Below are positions 25,788-25,870 of a DNA stretch of 25,870 bases, one piece after another; within the stretch, counting starts at the first letter, position 1, and every line of letters starts with the position of its first letter. The notes beneath the pieces were generated by a model. It was not told where the DNA came from, made no database searches, and saw only the letters and a program-made list of their open reading frames with translations. The position numbers and the translations under genes were made by a program. Origin of the DNA: a virus (taxonomy: Duplodnaviria > Caudoviricetes); the IMG/VR virus record IMGVR_UViG_3300017971_000708, positions 1 to 25,870 of that record. One strand, written 5' to 3'.

Positions 25788-25870
25788 AACTCACCTCAAC
25801 AAAACTCAAACACTTATGGAACCGGAAGTCCCTTTTTCCCCTAAAAAATTTTCGATTTTTCGCCATCTTG

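Larger units (their letters stand above)
1..25870 (-). mobile_element. Tailed phage/prophage segment (lambda-like packaging, head and non-contractile tail module); boundaries lie outside the window
   Basis: Co-oriented, tightly packed genes in canonical order terS-terL-gpW-portal-protease-capsid-neck-tube-chaperones-tape measure-tip. No sheath, integrase or att site seen. Confidence 0.95.

Noticed and set aside
1-25870. Wholesale TAG-to-Gln (code 15) recoding
   Set aside because: Genes of 300-900 codons are intact under code 11 and TAG is very rare, so only sparse read-through is arguable.
1-25870. Gene transfer agent, tailocin or contractile injection system
   Set aside because: No sheath or baseplate wedge genes. 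A gpA/Nu1-type terminase, lambda portal and adjoining phage accessory genes fit a genuine phage, though domestication cannot be excluded from this window.
25788-25870. Possible cos/pac site or promoter at the right edge
   Set aside because: Truncated by the window edge, with no diagnostic pattern.

Overview
The whole window is a segment of a tailed dsDNA phage or prophage with lambda-like (siphovirus-type) gene organisation. All credible genes lie on the minus strand, and the many plus-strand ORFs are antisense shadows. In transcription order (right to left): two small hypothetical genes, a DNA polymerase III beta-clamp (dnaN) split by one in-frame TAG, a radical SAM protein, small and large (gpA-type) terminase, an Ogr/Delta-like zinc finger, and a late-promoter/operator/terminator block. 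These are followed by a gpW-like adaptor, lambda-type portal, S49 protease with nested scaffold, DUF2190-like decoration protein, a structured leader and the major capsid protein. A ~5 kb accessory block comes next (small TM protein, metallophosphoesterase, Cys-cluster protein, a 251-aa protein and a 913-aa signal-peptide repeat protein). The tail module follows: head-tail joining, gpZ, tail terminator, tail tube, G/GT chaperones with a -1 frameshift, a short tape measure, and tail-tip genes ending in a beta-propeller/CBM5-12-like adhesin. The most notable signals are (i) sparse in-frame amber codons that appear to interrupt single proteins (the clamp, and probably the tail adhesin), (ii) Sec-type signal peptides on two proteins inside the virion module, (iii) terminator-containing structured leaders ahead of the head operon and the capsid gene, and (iv) no canonical start for the conserved N-terminus of the large terminase. 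A Planctomycetota-like host is only an impression from protein style. All family calls are from motif recognition by eye, with no database search.
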